From positions 2,253-66,252 of the forward strand of contig JBHHZI010000002.1 of NCBI GenBank assembly GCA_046757965.1: 64,000 nt of DNA. Reading direction: 5' to 3'. The position numbers and the translations under genes were made by a program. The stretch's first letter is position 1. The number at the start of each line of letters is the position of its first letter. Shown here one piece after another: positions 61,248 to 64,000 of the stretch. The notes below the pieces were generated by a model. The model was not told the DNA's origin and did not search any database. It saw only the letters and a program-made list of their open reading frames with translations. The stretch comes from Acidobacteriota bacterium (GTDB taxonomy: Bacteria; Acidobacteriota; Polarisedimenticolia; SMYD01).

Positions 61248-62606
61248 TCAGCGGCTGGCCGCTGCTTGCGGCATGCTCGGGAGAGCCGCCTGCCGCGACG
61301 TGGCGGAGGCCGGGGCGAGCAGGCCCTGGATGGCGGCGTCGAGTGTGTTCTCGTCCTTGTAGCCGATGAGCTTCTTCGTGACGTGCCCCGAGGAGTCAAT
61401 CAGGAGGGTGCTCGGCACGAGAAAACTCCGGTACTCGTCGGCCAGGGCCGCGTTGTCCGCCACGGCGAGCGGCAGATCGAGGTCCATGAAGTCGCTCCAG
61501 GAGCGCACGTCGTCCACCGAGCCACTGTTGATGTAGACCGGCAGGAACGTCAGGTCGGTGTCCGCGTACTTGCGGCGCAGGTCGTCCAGCAGCGGCAGGG
61601 TGTTGAGACTGTGGCTGCAATGTCCGGCCAGGAAGGTGACGACCACCGGGTGGCCGGTGTGGGCGGAGAGCGACTCCTCGGTGCCGGCGGTGGTCGGCAG
61701 CGTGAAGTTCGTGGCGACCCAGTCGGTGTAGGTGGCGCCGTCCTGTTCCTTCTCTTTCTGGTAGCGCGCCAGCAACTCGCCACTGGCGCCGGCCAGATTG
61801 CTGTTGATGGAGCAGGCGTTGAGCACGGCGCAGTTCGACGCGCCCCCGAGGGCGCAGGCATCGACGCCGCGATTCCCCAGCTCGGCAAACACGGCGGTCT
61901 TCAGCACCGCCAGGTCGAGCTCGCCACTGGCGCGGAGCTGCTCGAAGGTCTCGCGCGAGATCTCCGCGGCGGCGATGATCTCATCCTCTGAGAACGCCGG
62001 TGAGCCACCGGCCATGAGGTGGTCGCTCATGTACGTGGCGATCTTTCGCATCGGCTCGGAGAGGGTCATGATCAGAGGATGCGCCGACGGGGTGGCGGTC
62101 GAGGCAGAGGCCGGCTTGCAGACCGGGGAATCGGCTGCGGTATTGCCTGGCGCCGGGTGGCAGGTGGGAGCGGCGGCGGTCGCTGGTGCACTGGCGGCTT
62201 CCTCCGGCTCCTCCGGCGGCAGACAGAGAGGCGTGGCGGACTGAGGACTCGTCGCCGCCTCGGCCTGGCCGGCTGGCCGGCAGATGGGCGATGCGGCCTC
62301 GACCGCGTTCGCGACCCCGGAGGTCGTCGCCGAGGCGTCTGTCGCTTCCGAGGGCCGGCAGATCGGGGCCGAGGCTTCGGTGGCGGCCGCCTCCGACGGC
62401 CGGCAGATCGGCGCGGATGCGTCCGTGGCCTCCGGCTCGGCGGTCGGGGCGCAGCAGGGTGCCGGCGTGTGTGCTGACCCCGTCGCTGTGGCGGCCTCAT
62501 CCGGGATGGGCCGCACGGCGGCACGCAGCCCTCCGAGAAGGGCCAGACTGGCGATTGCGGCGATCGCGAGGGGAAGAATCGGTACGGAGCGCTTCTGTCT
62601 TGCCAT
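61248..62606 (-). CDS. Membrane-anchored periplasmic thioredoxin-fold (TlpA/redoxin-like) protein with six N-terminal single-Cys Pro-rich repeats and a CxxS active-site variant.
   Basis: The start was chosen at MARQKRSVPILPLAIAAIASLALLGG (signal anchor) with a GGAGG ribosome-binding site. The listed ORF extends to 62732. The repeats are APICRPSE, APICRPSE, SPICRPAG, TPLCLPPE, APTCHPAP and SPVCKPAS. The C-terminal TlpA-like fold has FLAGHCSHS where WCxxC is expected. Confidence 0.5.
   Translation of the reverse strand: MARQKRSVPILPLAIAAIASLALLGGLRAAVRPIPDEAATATGSAHTPAPCCAPTAEPEATDASAPICRPSEAAATEASAPICRPSEATDASATTSGVANAVEAASPICRPAGQAEAATSPQSATPLCLPPEEPEEAASAPATAAAPTCHPAPGNTAADSPVCKPASASTATPSAHPLIMTLSEPMRKIATYMSDHLMAGGSPAFSEDEIIAAAEISRETFEQLRASGELDLAVLKTAVFAELGNRGVDACALGGASNCAVLNACSINSNLAGASGELLARYQKEKEQDGATYTDWVATNFTLPTTAGTEESLSAHTGHPVVVTFLAGHCSHSLNTLPLLDDLRRKYADTDLTFLPVYINSGSVDDVRSWSDFMDLDLPLAVADNAALADEYRSFLVPSTLLIDSSGHVTKKLIGYKDENTLDAAIQGLLAPASATSRQAALPSMPQAAASR
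62270..62440. repeat. Three or more degenerate tandem repeats of about 45 bp within the redoxin gene, encoding the Cys-Pro repeats.
   Basis: Copy A is gagggccggcagatcggggccgaggcttcggtggcggccgcctcc and copy B is gacggccggcagatcggcgcggatgcgtccgtggcctccggctcg. A more diverged copy lies upstream (gccggcagatgggcgatgcggcctcg). Confidence 0.6.
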
Positions 62607-62925
62607 CTGTCGTCCTCCAGTCTCGATGAAGATAATCCCTGCATCCCGGTGCAGGGTCAAGGGGGGCGCCGGACTGGCCTGGAGGTTCTCGATCCCCGAG
62701 GTGCCGGAGGGCGAATTCTCCGGCACCGGCACGGCGATCTCGCCGCTGCGGCCTTCCCGGCAGACTGTTCAGCCCCGCGCCGGCGTACGGAGTGGGCTCC
62801 TGGCTGGCTGATGAGCAAGGTCCGTCGGCGACGCCTTATAATGCCGCTCTCACCATTCCCCGGGGTCGCCACTGGTTGCCCGTCGGTGCCACCGGGATGG
62901 AGACCCGAGGGAGGACCGTCCGCCG

Positions 62926-64000
62926 ATGCGACCCATCCAGCCAGTCAGCCTGCTCCCCGGCGTCGACCCGGAAACGTTGCCTGCGCCGGGGGTGACGCGC
63001 GACCCATCGTCCGCCGAGGGGCGCATCCTGTCGGGCCGGGCGCTGATCGTCTGGGATGAGGCGCGCCCGGGGCAGAAGCGGGACGCCATCGACACGGACC
63101 AGATCACGCCGGCGGCGGACTGTGTCTCGGAGAGCCTCGACACACTGGACGAGCGCTGGAAGGCCGGCGCCTTTCGCTTCCTGATCCCCGATTTCCGCGC
63201 CCGGGTTCATGCCGGCGAGACCTTTCTCATCGCCGGGGACCGCTTCGCCATCGGCTCGTCCCGGGAGATGTCGCCGGCCGGGCTCAAGGCCGTGGCCGAG
63301 GAGGTCGGTCTGGAGCTGGTCGTGGTGTGCGGGAAGAACATGGGAGACATCTTCCGGCGCAACGCCATCAATCTCGGTCTGCATGTGGTCCAGAGTCCGG
63401 AAGCGGTGGCCGACGCGGCCGATGGGGATGCGTTCCGCTTCGACACCGCCTCGCGACAGCTCGTCAATGTCACCCGGTCGAAGACCTACACGCCGCTGCC
63501 CCTCAGTGCCAAGGAGGAGGAGATCCGCCGGGATGGCGGGATCTTCGTGCTCGGCCGGCGGCACTTCGCCGGGTCGGTGCGGACCAAGCCGGAGGTCCAT
63601 TTCCCGGATCCTGATACGGCCCGCGGCCTGACCACCGCCGAGCAGATCGTCTGGGCCCATCGCGTCGATCGCACCACAAGGGTCCGTCCCGGCGAGACAC
63701 TGCGCGTCTACGCCGACCTGCTGCCCGCCTCGGACGGCACCGGCCCGTTCGCCATCTACACCTTCAACCAGATCACCGGCGGGTCGACGATCCATCCCCG
63801 CCAGGCGGCCTTCGCCAGCGACCACTTCGTCTTCACCGGCAAGCAGGCCGACGAGAACCAGACCGGCATCTCCCGCGACTTCGCGCGGCATCATGGCATC
63901 GGCGCGCCATACTTCGCCCGACCCGGGGACGGCATCTTCCACTTCTACTTTCCCGAGCAGGGGCTGATCGTCCCCGGCGGGTTCTATCCCGGCGCCGACT
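62926..64000 (+). CDS. Aconitase-family hydro-lyase with the swivel (LeuD-like) domain first, partial (runs off the window end).
   Basis: The ATG is at 62926 with a GAGGGAGG ribosome-binding site. LeuD/swivel motifs are present (DAIDTDQITPAADCV, FAIGSSRE). A large-subunit-like N-terminal segment follows (TTAEQIVWAHRV...). The 3' end is not in the window. Confidence 0.55.
   Translation, partial: MRPIQPVSLLPGVDPETLPAPGVTRDPSSAEGRILSGRALIVWDEARPGQKRDAIDTDQITPAADCVSESLDTLDERWKAGAFRFLIPDFRARVHAGETFLIAGDRFAIGSSREMSPAGLKAVAEEVGLELVVVCGKNMGDIFRRNAINLGLHVVQSPEAVADAADGDAFRFDTASRQLVNVTRSKTYTPLPLSAKEEEIRRDGGIFVLGRRHFAGSVRTKPEVHFPDPDTARGLTTAEQIVWAHRVDRTTRVRPGETLRVYADLLPASDGTGPFAIYTFNQITGGSTIHPRQAAFASDHFVFTGKQADENQTGISRDFARHHGIGAPYFARPGDGIFHFYFPEQGLIVPGGFYPGAD

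Overview
This 64-kb window is a densely coding, high-GC (about 70%) bacterial chromosomal segment. I can support about 46 genes and one tRNA-Arg. There is no CRISPR array, transposase, integrase or rRNA. All protein assignments come from motifs read in the supplied translations; no database search was run. Start codons are often GTG or TTG, so start coordinates are approximate.

From left to right the window holds:
- (a) A tightly packed minus-strand operon (90-6785). It encodes two NHL-repeat beta-propellers, a 4-heme and an 11-12-heme secreted c-type cytochrome (both start with the same KHNLS motif), and a 580-aa outer-membrane beta-barrel ending in Phe. I read this as a candidate porin-cytochrome electron conduit.
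- (b) tRNA-Arg(TCG) followed by a 3-gene amino-sugar tailoring islet (CmcI-type methyltransferase, DegT aminotransferase, PglD-like acetyltransferase).
- (c) A LiaF-like membrane protein, convergent trpS, a SWIM-SNF2 helicase, a TPR-like hypothetical, a DUF819 membrane protein, a malic enzyme, and a TAXI-TRAP transporter.
- (d) An 18.7-kb run of 14 same-strand, mostly stop/start-overlapping genes (21.9-40.7 kb). I regard this as the most likely undescribed system in the window: a candidate lipid or natural-product locus. It holds three secreted PQQ-like beta-propellers, a LuxE-like acyl-protein synthetase, a LuxC-like acyl-CoA reductase, an iron alcohol dehydrogenase, a HemN-like radical SAM enzyme, a flavin-halogenase-like protein (WxWxIP motif), a small membrane protein plus sodium:solute symporter, a GT4 glycosyltransferase, a hotdog thioesterase, and a MacB/FtsX-type ABC exporter.
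- (e) A signalling cassette: a PAS histidine kinase, two tandem REC-HDOD paralogs, and a single-domain response regulator.
- (f) gcvP, then a RamB/ScfR-type regulator transcribed divergently from aceB-aceA (glyoxylate shunt). The divergent intergenic region is AT-rich and carries palindromes.
- (g) A TPR protein plus CRTAC1-like pair, a BusA/OpuA-like osmoprotectant ABC transporter, an M28 peptidase, an unusual membrane-anchored CxxS redoxin with six single-Cys repeats, and a partial swivel-first aconitase-family gene running off the window end.
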